Positions 1 through 9,263 of a stretch of DNA of 64,000 nt are shown here, in pieces. Below the pieces are notes generated by a model that saw only the letters and a program-made list of their open reading frames with translations, ran no database searches and was not told the origin of the DNA. Source of the DNA: a virus. The position numbers and the translations under genes are program-made. The stretch lies in the IMG/VR virus record IMGVR_UViG_3300032770_000019, positions 1 through 64,000 of that record; one strand, written 5' to 3'. Every line of letters begins with the position of its first letter. The stretch's first letter is position 1.

Positions 1-158
1 GCCGTTCTACTAGCTACCGGAAAGCCCGAAAGTGAAGTGAACGTCCAGCCGGTCTCGCTAGTACCCGATGACGGAGTATCCGCCGTTGCTGAACCGTTAT
101 AACCGTTCGTAGCAATGGTCGTTGACGGATTATTCCCGTATAGGGTAACGGTCGACAT
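1..158 (-). CDS. 5' part of a probable virion structural protein (runs off window edge)
   Basis: ATG at 158 overlaps the upstream stop (TAATG); translates MSTVTLYGNNPSTTIATNGYNG..., T/S/G-rich. Confidence 0.55.
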   Translation of the reverse strand, partial: MSTVTLYGNNPSTTIATNGYNGSATADTPSSGTSETGWTFTSLSGFPVASRT

Positions 159-439
159 TAGTTAAGTCCGGATCCCCACAGCAGCACGTATCCGGCATCG
201 TTAGTTAGGCCGGAAGGCATTGTCAGTACCGTTCCGGTAAAGCTAACGGCGATCTCTACGAAGGAGGTCACCGAGATACATACCGCACGATTGATAAACT
301 GCATGACGCCCATTCCGCTGGAACCGACGTCAAGGGTATCTCCGGTGTTCACGTTACGTACAGCGATTAGCACCATACGGTCAGCTGAGCCGGACTGCAC
401 TACGACGTTTGCGTTCGTACCTGCTACTAAGGTTGCCAT
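158..439 (-). CDS. small beta-rich probable virion protein
   Basis: ORF 158..460, with ATG 439 (MATLVAG) more likely; in structural operon. Confidence 0.55.
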   Translation of the reverse strand: MATLVAGTNANVVVQSGSADRMVLIAVRNVNTGDTLDVGSSGMGVMQFINRAVCISVTSFVEIAVSFTGTVLTMPSGLTNDAGYVLLWGSGLN

Positions 440-443
440 GTCA

Positions 444-890
444 CTACCACGCCACTCCACTTACTGAAACTGCCCCGGATGCAAACGTAACGGTATCGCC
501 GTTAATCACCGTGCTGGCAGAGATCGCTGTGCTAAGTGCGCCACCGAACCAGCGGAGTGGCGTACCTGCGATATCCCAGATCTCGGCACCGGCGACACCG
601 TCCGTCCAGGTACCGGTTGCCGTCCACTGCTGCTGGTTCGTCGAAGTGCAAACGGCACTCGAAGCTGCACCGAACGTAATGGCTACCGTGGAAGGAGCAG
701 TATAGCCCGGATCGTTGCCGCTGGTGAGCTCGGTACCGTTCGAGCCGTTGACGTTACCGTTACCCGCACCTTGCGTCTTGATCAAACGCAGGCGCAAGCC
801 AGTTGGCTGCGTTGGTAGCGAACCGCTAAGATTGAGAAAGTACGTAAGTATCGAGTTCGTCCGACCGGTATCGGTCATATACCACGACAT
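444..890 (-). CDS. virion structural protein (head decoration or fibre-base-like)
   Basis: 148 aa T/G/S-rich; C-terminal TVINGDTVTFASGAVSV resembles actinophage structural proteins. Confidence 0.55.
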   Translation of the reverse strand: MSWYMTDTGRTNSILTYFLNLSGSLPTQPTGLRLRLIKTQGAGNGNVNGSNGTELTSGNDPGYTAPSTVAITFGAASSAVCTSTNQQQWTATGTWTDGVAGAEIWDIAGTPLRWFGGALSTAISASTVINGDTVTFASGAVSVSGVAW

Positions 891-1132
891 TAGATAATAC
901 CTCCAAGCACGGGCGGAATACCTCCGACCATAGTGACGGTACCTGCCATAAAGGTGAAGTGAAGCGGATCGCTACCGTCACCGGAACAGCTCGGGTGGTG
1001 GTCGATCACCGCCGTACGATCGAAGAATTCGTGCTGCTGCGTCTCCGGGTTGAAACGCACCGCCGGATGACCCGGACCTATGATTTCGAAGCGTCGACAC
1101 CGATCGTTCTTGCACTGAATATGAATCGACAT
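890..1132 (-). CDS. hypothetical protein (Cys/His-containing)
   Basis: 80-aa ORF abutting both neighbours. Confidence 0.55.
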   Translation of the reverse strand: MSIHIQCKNDRCRRFEIIGPGHPAVRFNPETQQHEFFDRTAVIDHHPSCSGDGSDPLHFTFMAGTVTMVGGIPPVLGGII

Positions 1133-1936
1133 TTACTTTCCTTTCTGTGCGGCTGCGAGCTGACCGAGTAGTACCTTCCGCTGGGCGCGAAGTTGCGTAA
1201 GCTTTGACTGCAGTGCAGCCAGCGACGGAGCTTTCTTAGTCTTAGTAGCGGTCTTCTTTGTCGCGGAGGCCTTAGCAGCCGCTGAAGCCTTGGCAGAGGC
1301 GGCTTGCTGCTTAGCTGACTTACCGATCGTTTTCGATGCGGACTTCTTAGTCGCTTTCTTCGCTTTAATGTCAGCTTCGATAGCCGCTCGGGTAGTTACG
1401 ATCTGCGACTGAATCGACCGGAGCTTTCCCCGAATAGCCTTAATCTTAGCTGCTTTTGCACCGCTACCGGGTGCCGAGGCAAATTGGCCACCGGGTCCGT
1501 GGTTCGGGTTGAACAGCTCAATTACCTGCGCACTTATATTCGAATGCGCATGTACCTTTGTCTTCTCTTCGGCGAGAGCTTTTATCGCAGCGGCACGAAC
1601 TTCGGGATGTACATTACCGCCGCCCCGAGCCCAGCGACGGAGGATTCCCCACGCCATTGCAGAAGCTTCGCCCTTGCTTTTACCGTTCTTCATCATCGCG
1701 CCGACGATTTGCTCGAAATAGTCCGAATGCTTCTGTCCCTTTACGCCGTATAGTCCCGGACCGCCTGGCTTACCGTACGGCTTTGGCGTAACCGAAAGTC
1801 GTGCCGTTTGCGCGCTCACGGTACCTCCCTTCGGGTAATAGTATGCCGGGTCTTGCTTAGCTGCCTGTAGCCGATTGAGCTGCGTCCCGTAGTTGCCCAC
1901 CGAGGGTGCTATCTTCGAAGATCGTGAGATAGCCAT
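1133..1936 (-). CDS. head-associated protein with Lys/Ala-rich basic C-terminus
   Basis: RRWARGGGNVHPEVRAAA segment, FNPNHGPGGQF motif, K/A-rich tail; start uncertain because of overlap with the upstream ORF. Confidence 0.6.
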   Translation of the reverse strand: MAISRSSKIAPSVGNYGTQLNRLQAAKQDPAYYYPKGGTVSAQTARLSVTPKPYGKPGGPGLYGVKGQKHSDYFEQIVGAMMKNGKSKGEASAMAWGILRRWARGGGNVHPEVRAAAIKALAEEKTKVHAHSNISAQVIELFNPNHGPGGQFASAPGSGAKAAKIKAIRGKLRSIQSQIVTTRAAIEADIKAKKATKKSASKTIGKSAKQQAASAKASAAAKASATKKTATKTKKAPSLAALQSKLTQLRAQRKVLLGQLAAAQKGK

Positions 1937-2114
1937 TATTAAAGCCTTTCAGCGAGTCATACGCAGCTTGCGCACTACCGTACACGCGTATCTTATCATC
2001 CGCCATCTCCTGCAATGGCGGTATACTTCCGACAAGATTACCGTTTTCAAGCGAAATCGTACCCAACTTATCGCCGTTAAACGTCGTCACTTGAAGGCGT
2101 AGAGAATCCGCCAT
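1857..2114 (-). CDS. small protein downstream of kinase; candidate immunity protein
   Basis: Strong SD GGAGGAG before ATG 2114; overlaps the kinase gene 3' end; immunity role is inference. Confidence 0.55.
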   Translation of the reverse strand: MADSLRLQVTTFNGDKLGTISLENGNLVGSIPPLQEMADDKIRVYGSAQAAYDSLKGFNNGYLTIFEDSTLGGQLRDAAQSATGS

Positions 2115-3169
2115 AGTCCACTCCTCCACTCATTAAGCGTCTCTATCGAAGTCGATAGATCTTCAAGCTGGTGCTGGTTTAGCTTACCCGTACTTCGGAG
2201 ATTCTTAAGCTCAGCTTCGATTCGATCGAGCTCCGCATTCGAAAAGTCACTAGGCTTAACGAGGTGTGCAAAGCCGGTCGGGTAGTGATTTACACTAGGA
2301 TGCCATGCGAACGAATGGTCAATCGGAATTGGAGTACCGTCCTGCGTTATCAGCCAGTTACCGTTGTTGCGATCACTATTAGCTATTAGCACGTCTAGCA
2401 GTCCGATTCGCTTAGCTTCCGGAGAGTCCTTAGCAGCGCGAATACGCTTATACGCAGCCACTACTCTATCCGCATGAGTAGTAGCGTTGTCGCTAGCTTC
2501 GTACGGTTCACTTTCTATTTCCGATGCCGTTTTACCATCGACGAGCGGCATTACTACTTTCTCGTTAAACTTGCTATATCCGCCACCTTCAGGACCTCGA
2601 TAAACGATCTGCGGCGCACCAGCTCCGATTATATCCGATATTTTAGATGCTAGCTCTTCGTGATTCGCATCACTCGGCGTAAGCGCGGCTTTGTGTACCC
2701 ACTTCGAGCCGTCTTTATACTCAACGATCTTAGTATCAGCTATCGCACCCTCGTGCTTCGGGCTACTTATATCGCGTTCCCCGGTCGATTGCGCCCTTTT
2801 CCAGCGGGCAATAGCTGGTTCGTAATGTCCGCCGGTAGCTTGTTCACCTACTAGGTGATGTCCAGCTTTCCTAGAGGCGATAACGGTAGCACGAATCTTC
2901 CTAACGCGAGGATCGTCTCTCGGGTACTTCGCCTGCATTTCTTGGCGCATAGCTAGCAATTCAGCATGGCTGTGACGTACTATCAAGCTGCCAATTGGTT
3001 CGTGATACCATTCCTCACCGGCTGCGGTACGTACGTATTCAGCTAGGTCGATCTGTGTGCTAAGCTGGAGCGGTTTACGCATCGCTTTTATTAGCTTAAT
3101 CAGCAAGCGTTCTTTTTTCGTCAGTGGAGGCTCAACTGCGTCGGAGGAGCTACTCAGCTTCGTAGTCAT
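2087..3169 (-). CDS. shared 66-aa module fused to PI3/4-kinase/HipA-like kinase domain
   Basis: WVHK, HEELAS..IIG..AP, LLDVLIANSDRNNGNWL and IDHS motifs. Confidence 0.7.
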   Translation of the reverse strand: MTTKLSSSSDAVEPPLTKKERLLIKLIKAMRKPLQLSTQIDLAEYVRTAAGEEWYHEPIGSLIVRHSHAELLAMRQEMQAKYPRDDPRVRKIRATVIASRKAGHHLVGEQATGGHYEPAIARWKRAQSTGERDISSPKHEGAIADTKIVEYKDGSKWVHKAALTPSDANHEELASKISDIIGAGAPQIVYRGPEGGGYSKFNEKVVMPLVDGKTASEIESEPYEASDNATTHADRVVAAYKRIRAAKDSPEAKRIGLLDVLIANSDRNNGNWLITQDGTPIPIDHSFAWHPSVNHYPTGFAHLVKPSDFSNAELDRIEAELKNLRSTGKLNQHQLEDLSTSIETLNEWRSGLWRILYAFK

Positions 3170-4488
3170 ACCGGTTGCAGCTCCTTATCTTGAATGTGTG
3201 CCTTCACGTATTCGCCAAACACCTTTGCCGCCGGTCGCGGATGCGAACTCATCGAATACTCGGCCCACAATTCAGCAAGCAGCTCGTTTGGAGTAGCCGT
3301 ACCGTACTCCGACACTGCGTGATTGAGTATAGACTTGTTACGCTTTATCCAATCTTGAATAACACCGGTGTTTATCCGATCGTCGAGGCGATCAAGGGAC
3401 TCTTGCGTTTGGCTATTAATCGTATCTGCGATGCTAGGATAATCCTTCAGCTCCGCAGGCGAATACTGAGCTTTCCATTCAGCAAGATCGGTATGATTTA
3501 GCTTAGGCGGTCCACTCGCCAGACCGATTGCACTAGCTAGTCGATTCCATAGGTCCTGATCACGACCGCCTCGCGGCAAGTGGCGATGCACCGAATGCCC
3601 AACCTCATGCGCTAGCGATCCCGCAAGTGCGTCATAGTGAGTATCGATAGGAACGTGAAAATTGTCTTCGGAATACGCTCTTCGGATATTAAGCCTTGGA
3701 TGCAGCTTAATATTGCCTCCGAATTCATTCGTTCCGCCAAGATAGGCACCCGGACGTGCAACCTTAACTTTACCTTCGTACTTCGGAGCTTGTACTGTTA
3801 CGTGAATACCACGAACGACACTCGGTACTAGCTTAGCTTGATGTTCCAACCCAACCCGAATCTTCTTTTGTATCTCAGCGATAGCACCGTACGTCTGGAG
3901 GTATTGCTGAACGCTCGGGTCGTCCTCGTTTACCGAAATGCCCCGGTATTTCGGTGCCGAAGTATACTCACCGGTAGACCTTAGTAGCTCTTTCTGATTC
4001 TCGTCCAGCGCGGTATCGTCGTTCGGATACGCTCGAATAGCTTCACGCGCGGTGTATCGATCGACAGCGTCGTGTACCGCTTTCACCGGAATACTAAGAT
4101 TCATCGCGGTATTCTCGTACGCATGCGCACTTGGCGTACCCGGCGGATCCTTCAGCATATTCTCACGAAGCGTATCCGAAACGTATTTATCCCTCTCGGC
4201 TAGTGTCTTACCGATAGCCCAATCCTTCACCTTAACAGTCGTAGGACGAAGCTTCTCGAGGGTACTAGGTCCGCTTTCTTGTGCACCTGCTAGGTGGTGT
4301 CCCGCCTTTCGGCTGGCTACGACAGCGGCGCGAATCTTCTTTACCCGCTCGTCACTACGCGGATACTTCGCCTGCATAGCAGTACGCATAGCTAGCAACT
4401 CAGAGTGCGAATGCTTAACGATTAGCGAACCGATAGGCTCGTGAAACCACTCCTCACCTGCGACAGTGCGAACGTATTCAGCTAGGTC
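2852..4488 (-). repeat. dispersed 198-bp coding repeat (2852-3049 and 4291-4488)
   Basis: Both copies encode DLAEYVRT.AGEEW.HEPIGSLIV...RKAGHHL; 55/66 aa identical by manual alignment. Confidence 0.95.
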
Positions 4489-4926
4489 GAGTACCTGCGA
4501 CCAGAGACCACTGGTTTGTAGCTGCTTCTTGTGGAACGAGTCCCACGGTCCCTTTTTCGTTTTAGCTGTACCGACCCACGCCATTGCCGGCGGATGATCG
4601 TTTAGTGACTTATATGCTACTAGTCGTGTATGACCGTCAATCGCCTTCAGCAACGGCATACCCGGTCGCTTGATCAAGATAACGGGCTTACGCCAACCAG
4701 CGGAGATACGCTTTGCGAACTTTGCTACCTTAGCTTGCTCCTTAGTACGCACCCGTTCGAAGATATTGTCGGTATAGTCAATCTGATCCAGTGGAACAGC
4801 GGACGGCTTCGCCCAAGTTAGATCGCTAAGCCAGTCCAACGCACGTTCGGGGTAGTCAACGCGGAGCTGCTTGGTAATACCTTCCAGCGGAGTATTCGTT
4901 AGCTCAATCTGTTGGAGGAGTAGCAT
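3166..4926 (-). CDS. multidomain protein: ParB/Srx-like + shared 66-aa module + HExxH zincin metallopeptidase
   Basis: PVILI...IDGHTRL; AHEVGH; SEYGTATPNELLAE. Confidence 0.7.
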   Translation of the reverse strand: MLLLQQIELTNTPLEGITKQLRVDYPERALDWLSDLTWAKPSAVPLDQIDYTDNIFERVRTKEQAKVAKFAKRISAGWRKPVILIKRPGMPLLKAIDGHTRLVAYKSLNDHPPAMAWVGTAKTKKGPWDSFHKKQLQTSGLWSQVLDLAEYVRTVAGEEWFHEPIGSLIVKHSHSELLAMRTAMQAKYPRSDERVKKIRAAVVASRKAGHHLAGAQESGPSTLEKLRPTTVKVKDWAIGKTLAERDKYVSDTLRENMLKDPPGTPSAHAYENTAMNLSIPVKAVHDAVDRYTAREAIRAYPNDDTALDENQKELLRSTGEYTSAPKYRGISVNEDDPSVQQYLQTYGAIAEIQKKIRVGLEHQAKLVPSVVRGIHVTVQAPKYEGKVKVARPGAYLGGTNEFGGNIKLHPRLNIRRAYSEDNFHVPIDTHYDALAGSLAHEVGHSVHRHLPRGGRDQDLWNRLASAIGLASGPPKLNHTDLAEWKAQYSPAELKDYPSIADTINSQTQESLDRLDDRINTGVIQDWIKRNKSILNHAVSEYGTATPNELLAELWAEYSMSSHPRPAAKVFGEYVKAHIQDKELQPV

Positions 4927-5263
4927 GCGTTACCTCCTCCGACATCGCAGCCATTGCGGCGGACATTGATCCGTAGTCCGTTGCGAAGTTCGCATAGATC
5001 GAGTAGATTAGCGTGATGAAGATACCGAGCTTTAGCCACAACGCCGGTGCGAAAAAGAACAGACAAGTAATCAACGGGAAGTTAAGCAACCAGTAGTACA
5101 TCCCCCACTTATGCACGGCAAATTGCGACTTCGGATTGGTTTCGAGATCCCGTACGACGAACTTCAGCCAGCCGTGCTGCATCTGCGGTACCGGGTGGTA
5201 GTGGTGGTGATGTATTTCGACCACTCGCTCAAGTGGCTCACCCGGAATCTCAGGCATCGTCAC
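4904..5263 (-). CDS. small membrane protein
   Basis: Two hydrophobic segments (YYWLLNFPLITCLFFF; LGIFITLIYSIY). Confidence 0.6.
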   Translation of the reverse strand: MTMPEIPGEPLERVVEIHHHHYHPVPQMQHGWLKFVVRDLETNPKSQFAVHKWGMYYWLLNFPLITCLFFFAPALWLKLGIFITLIYSIYANFATDYGSMSAAMAAMSEEVTHATPPTD

Positions 5264-5937
5264 CGTAGCATCTTCCCGTCTCTAAAGGGCTTACCGGGTT
5301 CGCAACGACAATTAACGTGAACCAGACCGGGCCAGCCAATCTTAGGAGGTTTTAGCGCACTAAAGTTTTTACCGTTTGCAGCACGACATTCAGGTGTCGT
5401 TTTGTCACTATCCATCCTTGCATACCAGCCGAGTACGTCACCGTAGCGATACCGCAGTCCGTCAATTTTACTGGCGGCAAGAACGCGCTGCTGAGCTGCT
5501 TGGATATGCTGCCCGAAGTAGCGATTCTCCTGAGCGTTTACCTGTCGTACTGCTTGTTCGTTTGTTAGACCTTGCGCGCTGTACTGCTTAAGCTGCCGTG
5601 TTACTCTCGCTACCGCAGTCGGTACGTAGGCTGCCCTACGCTGTTCGTTAAGCTGAATTACGTAACGCTGAGCAGCTCCGAGTCCTTCCATCTTCGGCAA
5701 CTGATACTTCTCTAGCGTATGCAGCACCGTTTCGAGTGCTTTTTCTTCCGTCTTGTCCTTTAGGTGAAGCAGTTGTATTAGCGATTCGTAGGTAGCAGTA
5801 GGTACGATCGCAGCAGCTAGCAATCCGGCTATTTGCGCAGCGACAAGTCCGCCTACAACCGCAGCTCCTGTACTAGGCGGTGGCGGTTGCTGCTGTACCG
5901 TACTAGACGGTTGCTGCTGGGGGCCTGCCATTACCAA
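5260..5937 (-). CDS. MuF/SPP1 gp7-like head morphogenesis protein
   Basis: C-terminal W..RMD..TTPEC...NG...PG.VHVNCRC; directly after portal. Confidence 0.8.
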   Translation of the reverse strand: MVMAGPQQQPSSTVQQQPPPPSTGAAVVGGLVAAQIAGLLAAAIVPTATYESLIQLLHLKDKTEEKALETVLHTLEKYQLPKMEGLGAAQRYVIQLNEQRRAAYVPTAVARVTRQLKQYSAQGLTNEQAVRQVNAQENRYFGQHIQAAQQRVLAASKIDGLRYRYGDVLGWYARMDSDKTTPECRAANGKNFSALKPPKIGWPGLVHVNCRCEPGKPFRDGKMLR

Positions 5938-7414
5938 TCTTCGTCATCCCCGATGCTAGTTGACTTGCAGCTTGCGTTGCACCTGCAATCGTAGCTGCTC
6001 CCTGACCTTGCGGTGACTGATCAGCTGCTTTTGCCCTAGCAATCGCAGCCTGCGAAGTAAGCAACGCGTTCACCTTGTCCAGCGGGAGGTCGAATATCTC
6101 GGCCGCCTTCTCGGCAAGGAGTAGTACGTACTCATGCGGAACGCTTAGTGCCGGTGCGACTGCCATTGCCGTTAGCGCACTGGTAACAGCCTGCGCATTC
6201 GCTTCACTAAGGGGTGCAGCAGTAAGCCGAGGAATCTTCGCATTCGATCCCCACTTGTTTAGTACGCAGATCGGCATGATCACTTGCCGGGTAAACTCGT
6301 TACAGATCTCCGTAGTGAACGCTTGACGGGACTTGAGGAAGAAGTCACTTGCCGACTCGGCAAGGGCATATGAACCACGCCCCAGCGAGGCTTGCGTACC
6401 TAGCGTCAAGAACCCGGCAAGACAGCTATTACTCTGGTACGAGGAAAGGTACTGAATCGCCTGCTGGAATTGTTCGGCACCTTTCCCGCTGGACTCGATT
6501 ACCTCGAACAGCTTCTGTCCCGGTGGCGGTCTAAGAAAGCCTCCTACTGCGCTGGCCTTCATCGTGCTAATAGCTTCGGCAGCATCGTCAGCTTGAGGCT
6601 GGTCGCTACCGTAAACTGCTAGCTTCGGAAGTGATTGAGTCTCTAGGAACTGCAGCCAGAGAAACAGTACCTTCTGCTTTTGCTTGTACGCCCAGTACGC
6701 AACGTCCATATCGCTATAACCGGTCAACGGTGCACGATCAACTCCGTGTAGCAATACGAAGGCCCGAATCCTAGGGATATCCAAGTACCCGGTGAAGTTC
6801 TTGCCACCGATACCCGTTTCCTGGCTACTCCGCTGGGCCTTAGACGGTGACGTTGCGTACCACCAGGCTCGCTGTCTGAAACCGTCAAAGCGTGCCGTAT
6901 GTTCATCGCGTCGGATATCGCACGTAGAAGGCGGGCGCCACTGCAGGCTATCCATCATTACGGTATCATCGTCCTGCAGCGCGTAGTGCTTTTCGAAGAA
7001 CGCCTTCTTGTAAACGCAAGCTTGTACCATCTGCCCGATAATGACGTCCATACCGGGGTTAAAACCTCCGGCCTCCGGTGGCGACATCAGCTGCTGTTCG
7101 CACAGATCCAACTCACCGGTATCTCCCTTTGCACCGGTAAGGGAGTATGCGGTCTGTCTAGGTAGCAACGTAATTGCCTGCTCGACCATTCGGGCGTCTC
7201 CGTCACGGCTAAGCATTAGGTCCATATCGCGAGCTTTCCACTCGCCTACTTCGAAGACATCACCTTGACCGAACGAAGCAAACAAGCGAGTATAAGCGTC
7301 GAACTCGGTACCTATCTCAGCACCGAGAATCTGCTTCTTCTGCTTCGGTGTAAGCAGTGCTAGCTTGTTAAGCGGCTTAGCCCCGCCCTGGTTATAGTCG
7401 TCAGCTATCGCCAT
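5903..7414 (-). CDS. portal protein (Mu gp29/DUF935-like)
   Basis: 503 aa after TerL; GSYALAES motif typical of this portal family. Confidence 0.85.
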   Translation of the reverse strand: MAIADDYNQGGAKPLNKLALLTPKQKKQILGAEIGTEFDAYTRLFASFGQGDVFEVGEWKARDMDLMLSRDGDARMVEQAITLLPRQTAYSLTGAKGDTGELDLCEQQLMSPPEAGGFNPGMDVIIGQMVQACVYKKAFFEKHYALQDDDTVMMDSLQWRPPSTCDIRRDEHTARFDGFRQRAWWYATSPSKAQRSSQETGIGGKNFTGYLDIPRIRAFVLLHGVDRAPLTGYSDMDVAYWAYKQKQKVLFLWLQFLETQSLPKLAVYGSDQPQADDAAEAISTMKASAVGGFLRPPPGQKLFEVIESSGKGAEQFQQAIQYLSSYQSNSCLAGFLTLGTQASLGRGSYALAESASDFFLKSRQAFTTEICNEFTRQVIMPICVLNKWGSNAKIPRLTAAPLSEANAQAVTSALTAMAVAPALSVPHEYVLLLAEKAAEIFDLPLDKVNALLTSQAAIARAKAADQSPQGQGAATIAGATQAASQLASGMTKIGNGRPPAATV

Positions 7415-7417
7415 AAC

Positions 7418-9226
7418 TCACCACAGTTCACCGCCATTGTTTGCGTAGTCAAAAACGTGCGGGTTAGGACGCCTAGCTGACGCACGATCACCTAGCTCGG
7501 AAATACGCCTCACCGCACGCAATCCGGGTTCGATTAGCTGCGGCGGATGCGGGTTCGGAGCCCATTCGTCATGCTCATCGTAACTCTCGCTATACTCGTG
7601 AATACGCGATTTACTAAATTCCGAGCTATCAGGCCACATCGTCATAACAACACAGTCACCGCAGTCCGGTGAACGCTTCAAGCGCTTACACACGGACTCT
7701 TTTGGCTCAAGCTCGATAATTCCACCGGTCCGTACCTTCCACTTCGGAATGGTAAGGTCCGTAATCAGGTCCTCTTCATCGGGAAGGCACAGTTCCCGTG
7801 GACCGTTGATCGGGTCCAGCAGTTCTCGGAGGTGCCAGTATGCTGCAGTACGTACATTAGCGAAGGAGAACTCATTCGTCTCGTCACGCTGGTACGCCTT
7901 CGCTGCACCGTTAAACGCGATAACCGGATACTTGCGTGCCCGAATATAATTTACAACTCCTACGCCAACTCCGACAGCGTCAACAACGGACGTGCAATTT
8001 GCCTGCTTCTCCATACGACCGACAAGGCGCGCTCCGGTCGTTTCGGTATCCTGCTGTCCCGTGCGTACCAGACTTTCGATAACGTGCCCGCGACGCGTAC
8101 TCATTACCGTTTCGTCAGTACCGCTATCCGCAACGTCGCAACCGAAAAACGTCCTACCTGGAATCGTAGGCTTACCAGCTGCCTCCCAGTCTTTCCAGCG
8201 GCGGATAGCCATTTCGACCCAGGACAGCGGGATGAGTCCTTCGCTACCTTCGGTCGGCGTTTGTCCGCGTACCTTACTCAGCCACAGCGACGATTCGCGC
8301 CAACGGGCAACTCCGCCTTCGTCGATAAACCGGGTGACCCCCCAGCGGTGCATCCGTTCATTGACCCACTCCGGGTTAAGCAACGCTTCGCGCCACTCTG
8401 CCCGAATGGACATTGGGTATTCCTTCACCGACCCATCGGCCGGAGGAATACCATTGTCGATCATGTACTGCTTAAGGTCCGGGTACTTGCTTACTTCGGC
8501 TTTAGTGAAGTTAGGAGAACGTAGTCCGTCGAGCTTGACGACGTTCCAGCCACTACCGGGTCGGACAACAGTCGCAAAATACGAGTCGGTGCTGTCCGGG
8601 TTGCCAATCGCCAATACGTGCGCCCGCCCGCTGGAAGCAAGAGTATCCGCAGCGATCCAGAGCGGCTCGGGAATTCCATCGGCTTCCTCCAAGATGATAA
8701 GGATAAAGCGTTCGTGAATACCCTGAAAGCTGGCTACCTCGGTAGGCCTACGGCCGAACGCTACCAGCTCGTCGCCAATGTGCCATTGCGGATACCCAGC
8801 TCGTGTAAGCCTGCCACGGAGTCCTGCCACTGCATGCACGCGGATCAGTTCGCGCCAAAGCACACTCTCTACCTGAGCGCTTGTCGGTGCCGTTGTAACG
8901 ACAAAAGCAGAACCCACGGCATGCGAGTCGATAAAATGACCGGTCTTTATCGCCGAGAAGCGGCTTTTCCCCTGAGCGTGGGCCGCTGGTACCGCCGTGT
9001 AGCGATTCCGAATTACCGACTCGTTGATCAGCCTCTGCTGCGGGGTCAGATACTGACCGACTTTCTCTCGACACCACTGCTCCAATGTGTCGGTATTTCG
9101 TGGCGCAAAGTGAGCTGCAGCGAGTAGAATAGGATCTGTCTCATCCAGTCGCTTCGACGGGGACAGAACCATTCCTTTTACACGGACCTGATTGCGGCTC
9201 GGACTCGTAGAACTCAATCGGACCAC
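7418..9226 (-). CDS. terL: terminase large subunit
   Basis: Walker A-like AHAQGKS, Walker B-like IILEEADG, IGNP, nuclease GCDVA..GTD and SPDCGD. Confidence 0.92.
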   Translation of the reverse strand: MVRLSSTSPSRNQVRVKGMVLSPSKRLDETDPILLAAAHFAPRNTDTLEQWCREKVGQYLTPQQRLINESVIRNRYTAVPAAHAQGKSRFSAIKTGHFIDSHAVGSAFVVTTAPTSAQVESVLWRELIRVHAVAGLRGRLTRAGYPQWHIGDELVAFGRRPTEVASFQGIHERFILIILEEADGIPEPLWIAADTLASSGRAHVLAIGNPDSTDSYFATVVRPGSGWNVVKLDGLRSPNFTKAEVSKYPDLKQYMIDNGIPPADGSVKEYPMSIRAEWREALLNPEWVNERMHRWGVTRFIDEGGVARWRESSLWLSKVRGQTPTEGSEGLIPLSWVEMAIRRWKDWEAAGKPTIPGRTFFGCDVADSGTDETVMSTRRGHVIESLVRTGQQDTETTGARLVGRMEKQANCTSVVDAVGVGVGVVNYIRARKYPVIAFNGAAKAYQRDETNEFSFANVRTAAYWHLRELLDPINGPRELCLPDEEDLITDLTIPKWKVRTGGIIELEPKESVCKRLKRSPDCGDCVVMTMWPDSSEFSKSRIHEYSESYDEHDEWAPNPHPPQLIEPGLRAVRRISELGDRASARRPNPHVFDYANNGGELW

Positions 9227-9263
9227 CCAAGGTATATGTACCCAAGTGCTATCAGCTTGAAAC

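Noticed and set aside
7832-9127. Long + strand ORFs inside terL
   Set aside because: Antisense shadows with no recognisable motifs.
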